From positions 40,798,001 through 40,862,000 of the forward strand of contig CM052816.1 in assembly GCA_028534125.1 (NCBI GenBank): 64,000 nt of DNA. Direction: 5' to 3'. Every line of letters begins with the position of its first letter. Within the stretch, counting starts at the first letter, position 1. The notes under the pieces were generated by a model. The model ran no database searches, had not been told where the DNA came from, and saw only the letters and a program-made list of their open reading frames with translations. Made by a program: the position numbers and the translations under genes. This DNA is from Lama glama. Lineage: Eukaryota. Positions 37,741-51,802 of the stretch are shown in pieces.

Positions 37741-39270
37741 CCTGCCTAATTAATCTTTATGGCTTTACCACCATTTCCCATGGATACCAGATGGTAGAGT
37801 GATGTCAAAATTTGAAATAAGTCATTCTCTATTCCCTTGTGAAAGGACATTATATTCACAAACGGGGTTTAGGAGGCAGCAGCTCCAATAGCTAAAACAG
37901 AACCAAAGGAAATCTGTATTTCCAACTTGGGAGGAACTCAGAACCATAAACAAATATGGAAAGGAAGAAGTGTGTGGGGACTGGAAAAGTCACACCTACC
38001 TATATATGCCATAAGATTTGGGTGAGAGTAAGAAAAAATAAATAGAAAGAAAAAAACTAAGCCACTTAATTTCTGATGATTCCTTTGAAACCTGAGTATA
38101 GGATATAGCGAACTATAAGATGATTCATTCCCCTAAACTCCCATCACAAATCCTTTAAAAATATTGTTTACTATACTTTAAAATGATTGAAATGATAAAT
38201 TTTATGTTACGTATCTTTTACTACAATAAAATTAAAGCATACAGGTTAGAAAAATATATTGTTCTCTCTAAAAAAAAATGTATAAGCATTTCAGTATGGA
38301 GGTAATTGAGTTGTAAAGTATAGTTTGACAAGTGTAACACAAAAACAAAAGGAGAATAATTTATTGGGTATGAGTAAGGCAATTTTCCCTCTATTCTTAA
38401 GTTAGGAGAAAATGAACACTTATCAAATCAAGTCCTGTTTATCTCAGAAGTTCCAGAGCAGGTCATATTAGAAGAAAGAATAGTGGAAGTTCGACAGTTT
38501 AATTAGAGATAGAGAGAAAGGAGGATGAAAGCCTGAAGCGGGGTGACCCTGTCCACGTGTCTGCGTGAAAGATTTCTCCTGGGACCACTGATACTACACC
38601 AGAACTGTTGACACCCTCAGCTGTACTCTCTTCACATTGACACATGGCCAATAGTAAATGAAGCTCTCCTCCAAGATAAACTAAGATTCAGTATTTTCCA
38701 GACAGAAATATAAGCCATAACACATGAAACATAGAGACTTTGGCAGAATGGCTTCCAAATATCAAAGACAGACTGACAGGATGTTACGAAGGAAGGTTAA
38801 GCCACTCAGAGCTAATGAAAGGCAAGAAGCTGCTTCTTGTTAGTCAAAATGTTAATGCTATTTTCCTCAATTAATTATGGTTGTGACATGAAATGTTAAG
38901 CAAGAATAATCCAGACTGTCTTATGTGGCAAAGTTTCAAAAACTCTTGTACCTTGTAATACACTCTAGACCAAATGTGATAATTCTCTTGCCTTAGTGTA
39001 CATCCTTGCTTTTGGACAGCTATGACTAGTTAAAAAAATATGTATATCTCACGCAGTAGATTTATAGTTTTTTACTTTTTATTTAAGATATAAAATTGGA
39101 GAAATGCAATGTTTGCTTTTCATTCTCTTTTCACATTTTGTCATAAAATGAGAAAAGCACACTGCAAGTTGAATAGAAGCTGGCCATTAGCTGAATCTAC
39201 TAAATGTCTATTTCCAAAATAATCATTATTTGTAATTCTATTTTGCTTCCATAATGATGTTTATTAAACT

Positions 39271-39830
39271 CAGCAGCACTATTTACAATAGCCAAGACAT
39301 GGAAACAACCTAAATGTCTTATCAATAGATGACTGGATAAAGGAGCTGTGGTATATTTATACAATGGAATACTACTCAGCCATAAAAACCGACAACATAA
39401 TGCCATTTGCAGCAACATGGATGGACCTGCAGATTATCATTCTAAGGGAAGTAAGCCAGAAAGAGAAAGAAAAATACCATATGATATCACTTATATGTGG
39501 AGGTAAAAAAAAAAAAGACACAAATCAATTTATTTGCAAAACATACACGGACTTTCAGACATAGAAAACAAACTTATGGTTACCAGGGTAGAAAGGGGAA
39601 AACTGTGAATTCAAGATTTTTCAGACACTATTACATATAAAATAGATAAACAACAAGTTTATATTGTATAGCAGTGGGAACTGTATTCAATATTGTGTAG
39701 TAACCTATAATGAAGAAAAATATAAAAAGGAAAATATGATGCATATGTATGACTGAAACATTATGCTGCACTCTAGAAATTGACACACCGTTGTACCCTG
39801 ACTATACTTTAATTAAAAAAAAAAACAGAA
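39271..39830 (+). mobile_element. 5'-truncated LINE-1 3' end
   Basis: MEYYSAIKTDNIMPFAATWMDLQIIILREVSQKEKEKYHMISLICG (ORF2p C-terminus), 3' UTR and A tail. Confidence 0.95.
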
Positions 39831-40719
39831 ACACCTAACAGTAAATATTGACTGTGTTCTGCTGCTACGGCTACCTGTACTGAAATCTGAGTGATAGGAA
39901 GGACAGGGGGTCATCTAAGTTGTTGGCTACTTAAATCTTACAGGTCCCGACCCATTTACATAGTGAACAAAGAGATTGAGCCTCCTCTGATTCTTGGTTC
40001 AAGAATCTTTAGGCACAGTTGCCAATAAACAAAACAGGAAGGACAATGTATATATGCAGTCATATCTACATTAACTTAACCAGAATTTGTGGGAGAAAGA
40101 ATAGATTTTCAAAATGCAGGAACGCTCAAAAACATAAAGACTTAAGATAATTCTTACACTCAACTCAAATTAACGTATTTATTTAATTTATATAAATTCT
40201 GTATTAAGGCAAATTTATCTTTATCCTAATAGTTTCCCAAAATTTTCTGTAGAGCTTTCACAGAATTAGATGAAAAGTGGTTCAGACTATATAATTTGAT
40301 TACTTTATTTACTTGTCATGATCATCAAATGAGGAGGAAGGTGAGGGTACATAGCATGTTCAATTCTTACTTATATCTTGGCCCTAGTAGTGTAGTAATT
40401 GAATCTCTTATTGAATTCTCTTATTGACTCATCTCACTTCTTTGGTCAAAAGAATGCAAACCATTTCAAGATTCTATCAACTTTCTCCACATGTTTTTTC
40501 ATTCATAATCCTAGTGACCTGCATAAATTCAATCTCAAATATATTGAACTAACTGTGTTTTTAAGATTAACTTTATTTCCCTCTTCGTAAAGCAGATGTC
40601 CATCTCTGAAAACTCATCCTTAATTTAAACAATAAATAGCTCATCTTATCTATGACATTATAGTCATTTTAGCTGTTTATTATATGTATCTTCTATATAA
40701 ACATGTATGTCTTGCCTAA

Positions 40720-40950
40720 GTAATGACAGACCAAATATACAAACGGGTATCACCCAGATCGTATATAAAAACAGAAGTGACTCACAATCAGGAGAGACCA
40801 GTCCAGGAAGCTAAAGCACTAACTGTAGCATCAGCCCAAAACAGCTGGTACTTAATCAATAACTGACAGCTTCCTTAATTTTTGCCCCAATTCCCAACCT
40901 AGGACCGACTGGAGAAAGCCAGACATGCTCCCCTAATCAGTCCCACAGCT
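40720..40950 (+). mobile_element. ERV1 LTR fragment (MER90/MER110-like)
   Basis: aatcaataactgacagcttccttaatttttgcccc...aacctaggaccgactggagaaagccagacatgctcccctaatc. Confidence 0.6.
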
Positions 40951-43102
40951 TTCAGCCTCCAAAGTGCTTCTTCTCAATTAGCACATCAGCCCGCACCTGG
41001 GACCAGAACTTTTGGTTACGTACATTAGAACTTATTTGCTAGTCTACTCTAACCTTGTGTGCTGCACACATTTGCTATTTTAATATTTTATAGTGATTCA
41101 CACATGTTGTATGCTTTTTACATCTGATTAGTTTCCAGGATCTATCACTTGATTTATTAAGTATTAGGTGCTCAGTAAATAGAATAAACTAATGTATTAT
41201 TTATCTTATTCATAATTTATTGTGTGATAACATCATAGTTATGGTAATATCCTAATAAAAACTAAATTCCAAGATACCACTGGTTTATAAAGGATTTTTT
41301 TTAAGGATTTACTTTTTTTAATTGGAAGTTACCTATTGCATTGATTTCCCTCACATAGGTAATTTGTAAATTATCTTATCAAACATATAGATTAAAGTTA
41401 TCTTCTAAAATTAATTAACCACTTGCCCATTTATTTGATAGGATGATCAATATAACCAGGGTTACTCTCAGTTTTAACCTTAATGCTTTTACTTCCCAAA
41501 TATTTCCAAGTACATACTCTTGGTTTGTTTGGAGCTTTTTTGCTTTTTTTTTTTTTTTTGTATTTTGTTTCTTTATTGCCTTGACTATTTCAATGTCCTT
41601 GTAAATTAAACAAACTGAATCAACAGGATGCACATATTTGATACTTGGTACAAACACAAATTATTATGCTTATTTGTAAGATCCTACTGGGTCTTTCCTT
41701 AAGATGGCTTTCAATTTTATGTTTTTTTTAAAATCTCCTGTTTTATTTCTCTACCAATATTCTCTTAATGTTGTACATCTCCTTCAAGTGTATATAAAAG
41801 GTAAGGGAATATGAGGAGTGAAACTTAAAAATTAAAATATATTTTCTATTTCATGTACAGTAAAAATATCATAAACTTTAAATTTTTACCTTATGTTTAA
41901 TTCTTTCACTTTCATTTTGTTACTTTACACATTTTCTCTTTTAATTCTAGTACATCCTTATCATAAGTTTAAAATAAGTCTCTCTTAATAAGTTTTCATT
42001 TTTGAGATAATTCCAAGGATCTAGTATATATTTAGTTTATAAGCGTTGCTTTTACTGGTCACAAATGCTGCTGTTAATGATCAGGACAATGGAAGATAAC
42101 CTCAAAATTCTACTTTTTGTCTTGGAATACACATTGGGGAAAAAAAAAAAACCCTTACATTATAGCATTTATAATGCTTAGGTAGTCCCCACCCCCACCC
42201 TGCCTGCCACAAATTTCTTCAGCACAGCAATTTACTTATTTTGTAAAAAGAGAACTGTCCTTGTAGGCAAAACTAAACTATCATTTGCTATGTATCAGCA
42301 TTCTTTAATTCTCCTTCAGGAGACCTTTCTTTCTTATTTCATGATAAGGCAGGAAATAGAATGAGCCCAAGGGTATTATTTAATTACATGCTTTCTCAGC
42401 TAGAAATCAAATAGGTCACTTCTCTTTGAATGAAACCTTAATGATAAAGGAAGAGGCATCAGAAATGCTATTAGAATTATAACAGTCAAAAGTAGATCCT
42501 GATACAGGACAAATCAAGATAATTTGCTAGGTCTCTCCCAGTGGTGACCATGAGGAGACACCTTTAGGTTGACTGCCCAGCTCAAGCCAATAATGCTATT
42601 TTTTTCTATAAAATCCATGCCTTTCCCCTCCAATTCACAGGGTTGGACCTATAGTGGTGGTGTCAGTACAATGGACCCCACACGCATGTACACCAATACC
42701 TACACAAGAAATGGTAACCTAACCCAAGACAAGCAAAATCTGTTCCCCAGGGCTTGAAATTGGTATTAGGCAACTGGTTTCTAAGAGATTATATCTTAAT
42801 ATGTGCCAAAAATGGGAGAATTTAAAAACATGAGCACTGAAGTACAATTTGCCTCCAGTACTTGGACAAAGTTGTGGATGAAAAATAAAACAAAACCAAA
42901 AAGTGCACAGATTACAAAAGAAGAATAATAAAGCAGATAAACATTGAGAAACCATAAATGAGAATATCTTAAGTTCTTAGTGTGTTTCTATTTCTTATTG
43001 TTGTTTCTTTGTAAATCTTGCCTATATTTTTGCCTCCTTGAATCCTCAAAATGAAGCTTCTCTTTTTCTTAAACTGAAGTTGATTTCTGTCATTTACAAA
43101 TA

Positions 43103-43325
43103 CAGTTGACTTTAACAACATGGCATTTGGGGTGCCGACCCTCTGCAAAGTCAAAAATCAGCATTTCAGGACAATGTATGTGGTTGCGCTACCTCCCCAT
43201 ACAGTTTTGCATCCTTGATTCAACCAACCTGGGACAGTGTAGTATTGTAATATTTACTATTGAAAGAAACCTCGCCTATAGTTGGACCCCTGCAGTTCAG
43301 ACTTGCATTGCTCAAGGGTCTAATA
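43103..43325. mobile_element. Tigger2-family MITE, second copy
   Basis: TA|cagttgactttaacaaca...gtgtagtattgtaatatttactattg...gcagttcag...ctcaagggtc; colinear with 7227-7443. Confidence 0.8.
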
Positions 43326-44669
43326 GAATCAGCATCACATATGCCAGCACAGTCTTGGCTGGAGATGAATTAACTTTGCAACTTTGACTGTGGAAATTTC
43401 TGTCTTTCTAGACTAAAAGCATAGCACTCTAAAACACATTAAACCAATAGGTTCTCAAGGTCACAAACTGGCAAAAGAAAATAACTCTGGGGTGTATATG
43501 AAAACTTTAAAATGTGAAGTTTAAGTCAGAAACTTCTCAGATCCTATTCAATAGACAAATACTTTCCAGTGTGTATTTTTAACCCTCAATTTTAATTCTT
43601 TACCTGGATAGTTTTTTCAATTCAGGTAGTACCACCTCTCCTTACTTGTGTAAATTGCCCGGAAGATCAGCAGAGGAAGGGAGAAAAGCATCAGTGGTGA
43701 TCCCAATCCAGAAGGCATCAGTCAGCCTTGGTGCTCGAGTTGCTAGCCAGCAGTCTATGCCAAAGCGCTACTGCAGTGCCGTAAGGCACGGTATTTGGCC
43801 ACACCTGTTCTTTTATAGGTGGAGGGTTTATAGTTTGTAATGGTAAACGTTTGGGAAAGGAATGACATTCCTCAATATATGATTGAGGGGATGGAGCCAG
43901 AAAAGCTCCCCTGTTGGAACCTACCCTGTATCCTCCGAGGCTGCCTTACTACCCCCACACCCCGGCTCCACATAGGAGCCAGATGAGGCTGCACAGAGCA
44001 CTAACCCAGTAAGCCAGGAGTGTGCTGTGCTCAGAGCCCACCTCCTAACCTCTGTTTCTGAGGTGCCGACAATCCTTGGCGGATTCACTGCAGTAAGAAG
44101 CTGTCATAAGAACCTACCACTGACGTAAGCAACTGCAGGTAGTGGCTGATCATTCTTACTTGAGCTCCAGTTATAACCCTAGACTGCTTTCAACTTGAAA
44201 AATTTAAACGTTACTCTTTATGCTGGCAAACTTAAAAAAATGGAGTAATGAGACTGCTGAGGAAGAATGATATATACTTGTATAAAACTGAAGTGACATG
44301 TCTACTGACAGCATGGCCTAGAATGCAGTTGTGCTGACCCAGGCATTTGAAATATGGAGGGGAACAAAAAGAAAATATAAGAAGGAAGATAAAGTTTCAA
44401 GAAAGAATCATCATTCATTCCCTTAGTCACCATTCTCAATATGAAGATGTTTGTAAATGAAGTGCCATTTTCTATATACAAAAAGAACCATACCATATTT
44501 GCAGGCACTGACGTTTACATGTATTCTCATACAAGTACATATGCTCAGAAATAAATACTAAATATGAACTTGTGTTCATCAGTTAATCTCTAGAATATCA
44601 AGTAGCTAGAGAAGATTTTATCCTCTTCACTTCTCAGTGAGCACGCTAAGGGCCTTGTGCAGGGTCATA

Positions 44670-44940
44670 TTGATGAACAGCTCCCCACAGCATGGCGGTG
44701 TCAGAGTGCTCAGCCGTGTCTCATGGTGGCCAGCTTCCAAGAGAGGACATGTCAGGTGGTACAGGTGGAGCCGCCGAGCTTCGAAGGTGCAGCCTCAGTG
44801 GCCATACCACGTCACTGTGCCACATTTTACTGGTCAGATCAGATCACAAGTTCAGCCCAGTTTCCAAGGGAGAAAATAGACTCTATTTCTCTATATTAGA
44901 AGGGGAAAAGGTTTTGCATTCCTATTTAATCTATCACTAA
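44670..44940 (-). mobile_element. MLT1 (H/J-like) MaLR LTR fragment
   Basis: ccccacagcatggcgg...catggtggccagcttccaagag...cgtcactgtgccacattttactggtc...cagcccagtttccaaggg...atagactc. Confidence 0.75.
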
Positions 44941-45759
44941 CAGTCTAGCCTGGGTCCAGTCACCCTAGGATCCTCAAGACCTCAAAAAACACAGCTATCA
45001 ACTTTGAAGATGACAATAGACAAATAAGGGACTTATAAAATAATTTTACTGTGATTTTGGCTCCTTGATCAAGATAAATCTTTTGGACAGTTCTGGAATA
45101 TTCACATATTATTGATATTTAATATTAATAATATTAATAAATGTTATGACTTATAAGATAAAGGAATATAAAATAATCAAAGTTCCCTTCAGCATTTTAG
45201 ATTTCATAAATTCTAAATCTAAATGAGGTATATCCTATTATTTTTTCACTCGTTCTTCACTATTTTAAAAGTGCTTTTCTATAAGTCTGTAGTACACCTA
45301 CTTCTGCTCTAAGGACTGAGTAAGTATATGATAGCAGGGTATTTAGCAAGAAATGAAATGAGACGTTGAAATATGTCTCGGTCATGTGTCATGAGTAAAT
45401 AATGAGGTACTTGTGGAAATGATGTTTTAATAATCAATGGGAGAACACATCAAGTGTGCAAATCATATGTGATAGTGAGATAAGAGCCACAAAAGAATGC
45501 ACCTTCCTGTCATGTGGGAATTCAATAAAAACCCTGCTGCTGTTTCAAGGTCAGCAGGACAAGTACCTGGAGTTGATTTGTGGTGATGGTTGTGAATTTG
45601 TGCTACAGCGTGTATTTCCCCAGCAGCTGGAATCGGGGAGAGGCTTTGGAATTTAGCTTTCGATTCCAAAAATCAATTTTTCTCAATATAAACATTCATG
45701 AAAGGATTTAACACCACAGGAACTTCACTGGTAATTATTAAGTGAGCTTTGCTCTCAAC

Positions 45760-46665
45760 ATTGCATAGAAACCACAAAGGTCAACTCTGAATTCTTTGTC
45801 CCTTGCTTTTCATCTCCTTGGGTTCTGATCCTGCATCTAAAATAATTGGATACAGGAGATATTCTTAGATATTCCATTTTCATCTCAAACTTGGCATTTT
45901 GAAAACTGAATTCATAATTTCCCTGACAAAACCAATCTCAGACCTACCTTAATTATCTGATCTTTAGTTTCTATTAACTTCTCTCCCAGCCACTCCTTCC
46001 TCTTTATTCTTACAGCTAACACTCTACGGTGGACCCCTGTGGACCCCCCTTGGAACCCTAAAATGATGTAATTGCTTTTCTTCCTGCTTCCAACTTGATT
46101 ATTAGAATTCACATTGCATCCTACCTACTAGTTTTTTCTGAAGTAATATTTTACCATGCACTTAACCTGGTATGTGGTACTCTCAGTTTCAGAACCCAAA
46201 CTTTTCATCCGTTTTTACCTCATGTCAGATACGTAAACCATCATTATTGAGAAAAATAACTATTTTTTCCACAAATTCCTTGTGTGTTCCTGCTTCTGTG
46301 CCTTGTTGCATATCCTTCCAAACTTCCACCCCTCAGGATCAACCTCCTCATATTCTAGCTCCTTAAACTGTGGCTATAAACTGACCCATCCTTTGAGGTT
46401 GAGTTGTATCTATCTTCAGTTTGGCTTTCTACCTTTATTCTCACATCCAACTTCTCTTTCCAGTGATCTGTTCTCTGTAACTCCTAGCATTTGTTCCCAT
46501 CTCTCTTTGATCAATCTATCATTTTTTTGTCCTCTGCCAATTATTCTTTTGATTCCTTTTAGTCCTGCCTTCTATAGACTATAAGAAGGCTGAAGACAAG
46601 GAAACCTGTTTACACTTCCTAATGGACCACATGGTGCTCAGTCTTGTTGGTTGATTAAATGGATT
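45760..46665 (+). mobile_element. L2 LINE 3' remnant
   Basis: catctcaaacttggcattttgaaaactgaattcataatttccc; pyrimidine-rich; ends catggtgctcag...tgttggttgattaaatg. Confidence 0.65.
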
Positions 46666-48426
46666 CACATAGTTCACTAAAATAATACCACTTAGGTTTA
46701 TAAAAGCAGCAGGGCACTCAGGGACCACGAAATAAATCTCCTGTTGGATATAAACCTATTTCCAAGCATCACAATAAAGTAAAATTTTGGTAGTTAATAC
46801 AAAGTTTAGATGCTGAACAGAGAAGATGTTGCATATTAATTTATAGCAATCAATGCTAATGAGTGGCTAACTGAAAAACTTTAACAGCATGGCAGGAAAA
46901 TACTCACTAGCTATAAATCATACACTGAGAAAACCACCATAAATCCTTTTCAAAATATGGCAATCTGTATACTGTTGCAAACAAGCAAGGAAGCTTAGAG
47001 AATGTCATGATGAAGATTACACAAGGGGAAAAATGTCTCAGAAATGTTCTTTATAAAAGAAAAATATATTAAGAGAACTAAATCTCTGGTTTTTGCTATT
47101 TTATAGACAGCACTTTGCAATAAAATGTTACACACAGTGTTGGGGAAAGAGAAGCCAAAATTATTAAGATTTTAGTGGTTCTATGCATTCTGCTCTTACA
47201 CCGAAAGTCCTAAGTTATAGTTATGCCCATTGCAGTATAAAACAGGAATGCAAAGGATCTTCCGTGAACTAACAGTGTAGATGAAATAAAAAAAATACTC
47301 AGGCAAAAATTGACAGTAGAATTTTATGTCTAAGCAGTTATGGGTTATCATCTATCATGTAGTGATCAGATAAATACTCTGTCTAAAAGACATATTCCTC
47401 CTTAGGAAAGGTTGCTCATAAAGTTACAGGGGTTGATTAACAAAGCAGATTGGTAGAGGAAGGCAACTCAATCTGAGGAATAGTGAATGAAATATCACTT
47501 AGCCATACTGTTTTTCAAGCATTGAATGGTAACTCCCCTTTGAAAATCAGCCAGCACATCTGGGACTTACTAAATAGGCATCTAACAGAAATGACAGCCT
47601 TTCAAAGAACACAGCATGATTCAAAAGTTCAGCTATAAAAATTGTTTTTTTTTCTTAGTCTGCTTTGGTTTCTGTCAGATGCCGTGAGTGACGTGGTGTC
47701 TAAGTCCCAAAGATAAAGTGAAATGAACCCAAGTCAGAGATGAGCAAGGATGGCTGACAGGTGATGGGCACTTGGGCCCTTGGACGTCCTGTACATGATC
47801 CCTTTGGGATGCCTTTCCAGTGCCAGCATGAGCAAGTCCACACTGTTCAAACTGTCAAGAGCAGTTTTGTGAAATATGCATCCTTGGAGTACCTCCAACT
47901 ATGGGTGGGGATAGATGCCCTGTGCTCTGAGAATTCTGATATTTCAATTTTTTTAGTCCAGCTTTTACAAATTTTTATAGGCACTCATGCAAAATAAAAG
48001 GAGCACAAGTCCCCTAATTATGTGCCCATGATACTGTCATGCTTTATAAGTTTTTAATATTTCATGATATCATTGATTCTCACAGTGCATCTTCTGTAAG
48101 CCAAACACCTCGTGGTAAATTCGTGAGATTTGCAAGCAGACATTATTCAGCATTCAGCAAGATGAGTGATATTGTGAATATGTAATAAAATGGGCGAGAA
48201 TTAGGAGTGGAAAATATATGAAGTCAATAGATGACACTAAATTGAAAAGCATAAAGCCACAAGTGAGCTCCAAAAATCAATCCCAATAAACCATGCAAAA
48301 TAAAAAAAGAAATAATATACCTTTCAAAGAAGCTCTGAAACCGAAAAAAAAAAATTAAAGGCTTATTTTGAAGAAGAACGAAAAAGAATGACACTGAGGA
48401 GGTTATCAGGTATTACTGATTACTAG

Positions 48427-48427
<1 letters not shown>

Positions 48428-48463
<36 letters not shown>
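48428..48463. repeat. (TA)18 microsatellite
   Basis: Perfect TA run, 36 nt. Confidence 0.98.
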
Positions 48464-48464
<1 letters not shown>

Positions 48465-49170
48465 TCAAAATAAAACATAAAAATAAATGAAACAAAATCT
48501 GCCTGAAGCCATCTGAATATAAAATAAAATGATTCTTTAATGATTTCTCAAAGATTAAAAAATTATCAAAACCCTATTTATATGAGTTTCTACGCAAGAA
48601 ATAGATTGAAAGCCAGATGAGACAAGGAGCTAATGGTAATAGAGCAAATGGTGGGGCCAATTCTGTAATTTTGGTTTTTAGTTTTGGTTGTTGTTTCCTT
48701 ATGTTCAGTGAACTTCCAAAGACACAATTACTTGTAATAAGAGTTTTCTAGCCTTTTTCAGAAACTACAGGGGCTAATGATATCCATGAAAATGAATGAA
48801 TGATAAGAAATTTTCACACAGGTTATTGGCTGTTGTACCAGCTTAAAAAAAAAAAAGTTGTAGTTAGATTCACTTGAAACACATATATTAAAAACGCTGA
48901 AGTTTTCAGAATTAGGAATAGTTCTGCATTAGCAAAGTGAAGCCAAATGAGTTTGACTGATTTTCAGGGAAAATTCCAAATCAATTTCTTGTAAAATGTG
49001 GAGATGAGAAACATGAAAACACACCATCTCAATGAGACATTAATCTAGCATCTTCAGGAAACACTGAAATTAATTTCTTCTTTACTTACTGTTCAACCTG
49101 CTGAGTTCATCTTTCAATGTATCATTACTACAGAAAGTAAGTTTAAAGTTTTTGACTTTTAAAATCACTT

Positions 49171-50655
49171 ACAGAATAGAGAGCCTGGAAATAAACCCAC
49201 AAACTTTTGGTCAATTAATCTTTGACAAAGGAGGCAAGAACATAATACAGTGGAGTAAAGACAGTGACTTCAGCAAATGGTGTTGGGAAAACTGGACAGC
49301 GCCATGTAAATCAATGAACTTAGACCACTCCCTCACACCATACACAAAAATAAACTCAAAATGAATTAAAGATTTAAATATAAGACAACACACAATAAGT
49401 CTCCTAGAAGAAAACATAGGCAAAACATTCTCTAACGTAAATCTTAGCAATGTTCTCCTAGGATAGTCTACCCAAGTAATAGAAATAAAAGCAAAAATTA
49501 ATAAATGGGACCTAACTAAACTTACAAGCTTTTGAACAGCAAAGGAAACCATAAGCAAAACAAAAAGACAACCTACAGAATGGGAGAAAATATTTGCAAA
49601 GGATGAGACTGACAAGGGCTTAATTTCCAGAATATATAAATAGCTCATACAACCTAATAACAAAAAAACAAATAACCCAATCCAAAAATGGGCAGAAGAA
49701 CTAAACAAGCACTTCTCCAGTTAAGACATGTAAATGGACAATAGGCATATGAAAAAAAATGCTCAATATCACTATCAGAGAAATGTAAATCAAAACTACA
49801 ATGAGGTATCACCTCACACCAGTCAGAATGGTCATCATTCGAAAGTCCACAAACAATAAATGCTGGAGAGGCTGTGGAGTAAAGGGAACCCTCCTACACT
49901 GTTGGTCAGAATGTATATTGGTGTAGCCATAATGGAAAACAGTATGGAGATTCTTCAAAAGACTAAAAATAGACTTACCCTATGATCCAGCAATCCCACT
50001 CCTAGGAACATATAGACAGATAACTCTAATTCGAAGAGACACGCACCCCAGTGTTCATAGCAGCACTATTTACAATAGCCAAGACATGGAAACAACCTAA
50101 ATGTCTATTGACAGATGACTGGAGAAAGAAGTTGTGGTATATTCATACAATGAAATACTATTCAGCCATTAAAAAGAATAAAATAATGTCATTTGCAATG
50201 ACATTGATGAACCTGGAGGTTGTCATTCTAAGTCAAGTAAGACAGAAGGAGAAAGAAAAATACCATATGACATCACTTATATGTGGAATCTAAACCACAA
50301 CAAGAAAAACACAAATGAACTTATTTATGAAACAGAAGCAAACTTACAGACATAGAAAACAAACTTATGGTTACCAGGGGTGGAAGCAGGGAAAAAGGGA
50401 TGAACTAGGAGTTCAAGATTTGCAGATACTAACTACTATTTATGAAATAGATAAACAACAATTTCATACCGTATAGCACAGGAGACTATATTCAATATCT
50501 TATAGTAACTTATGGTGAAAAAGAATACGAGAACAAATACATGTGTGTTCATGTATGACCGAAACATTGTGCTGTACACCAGAAATTGACACATTGTAAA
50601 CTGACTATACTTCAGTAGAATTATACATACAAAAAATTATTTTAATAAAATTAAC
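49171..50655 (+). mobile_element. 5'-truncated young LINE-1 (about 1.5 kb) with target-site duplication
   Basis: ORF2p C-terminus ([42 protein letters not shown]...YHMTSLICGI), 3' UTR; TSD tcacttaca at 49165-49173 and 50656-50664, preceded by ttttaaaa endonuclease site. Confidence 0.97.
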
Positions 50656-51699
50656 TCACTTACACTTGGAAAATATATTTCTGAATAAGCAGTTTTAAAG
50701 TAGTGTAAGAAAAAGAAATGTGGTTATTTTATGAGATGAAAGAATTCTTGAATCAATATACACCGTTTAAAATCTCTTGAAAATGTATTATTTTGGGACG
50801 GCAGGGTGGCCATGGTGACACATGTCTGGTTACATACAACTCTCCTATTCAGTCTATTCAAGCTCCTGTACTCCTCCATGCTGTCATTAGGGGAATTTGC
50901 AGTTGCCTATCCGGGAAGAGCTTGCTCTGACACATGAGTAAATTCAGTTAGAAACATGAACACTCAACTGGGGGTGAAAAAAAGAATAGGTTTCCATTTT
51001 GGATAATAATGGACTTCAGATTACAACCTATACTACTGATATCCATAGTGTATTAAATAGTAAATTTTGACAAAGTCAAATAAGCACTATACTAAAAGAA
51101 ATAGTAACTAAGATAATAATGTTGATGTTGTATTTCTGCTATTAGGTATTACAGTTTTAATATTTATGTGTAGAATCATGTAGTTATACAAGATGTCTAT
51201 TTAGTAAGTAATATGTAGTGTAAAGCTTAAATTTAAGGTATTGTTACATAATTTATAAGCAGCATATTTCATCATAAACATGTAAATACTGTTTGTTGCA
51301 GAAATTCAGATAATCCATCACTGCATTTAACTTCAGTCTTCTAAAAACATATTTATTCCAGTTTAATTATCCTCCACTAAAATGAGCTTCTATTTTTAGA
51401 AACAGTGCATATTTATTTAACTTCCTTATATCCCTTAAGTAAGTATAGATATTTATTCTAGGGGAAAAAAAAAGGAATAGGGGACATAAGCAACTCTCTT
51501 TTCATATCAAATACATAGTTTGAAAGGGGACACAATCTGTTTACTTATTTCTGTTACAATTCAGAAAATAGAGAAGCAACAATAAATTACAGAGGAGAAC
51601 ACTTAATTCTTTTACAGGTAAAAATATTAAAAATATGAAATCTTTCTTCTGAAGACTGTTGTCACAAAAACTGACATTTTATTCCAAATGGGCAAATGT

Positions 51700-51802
51700 T
51701 TAACAAGCAATATGGTAGCAAAGACTGTTTTTGTCTTAGTCATCATTGTAAGATGACGGTAGAGGCTTAATGGATATTTGTTAAATTAATGAACTGATGA
51801 AT
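51700..51802 (+). mobile_element. L2 3' terminal fragment
   Basis: ggtagaggcttaatggatatttgttaaattaatgaactgatgaat resembles the L2 tail. Confidence 0.5.

Noticed and set aside
38070..38095. ctgatga...gaaac hammerhead-like core
   Set aside because: No stem II or flanking stems can form.
49211..49708. 165-aa minus-strand ORF, longest in the window
   Set aside because: Antisense reading of L1 ORF2; a recurrent artefact also seen at 15361-15561 and 33484-33672.
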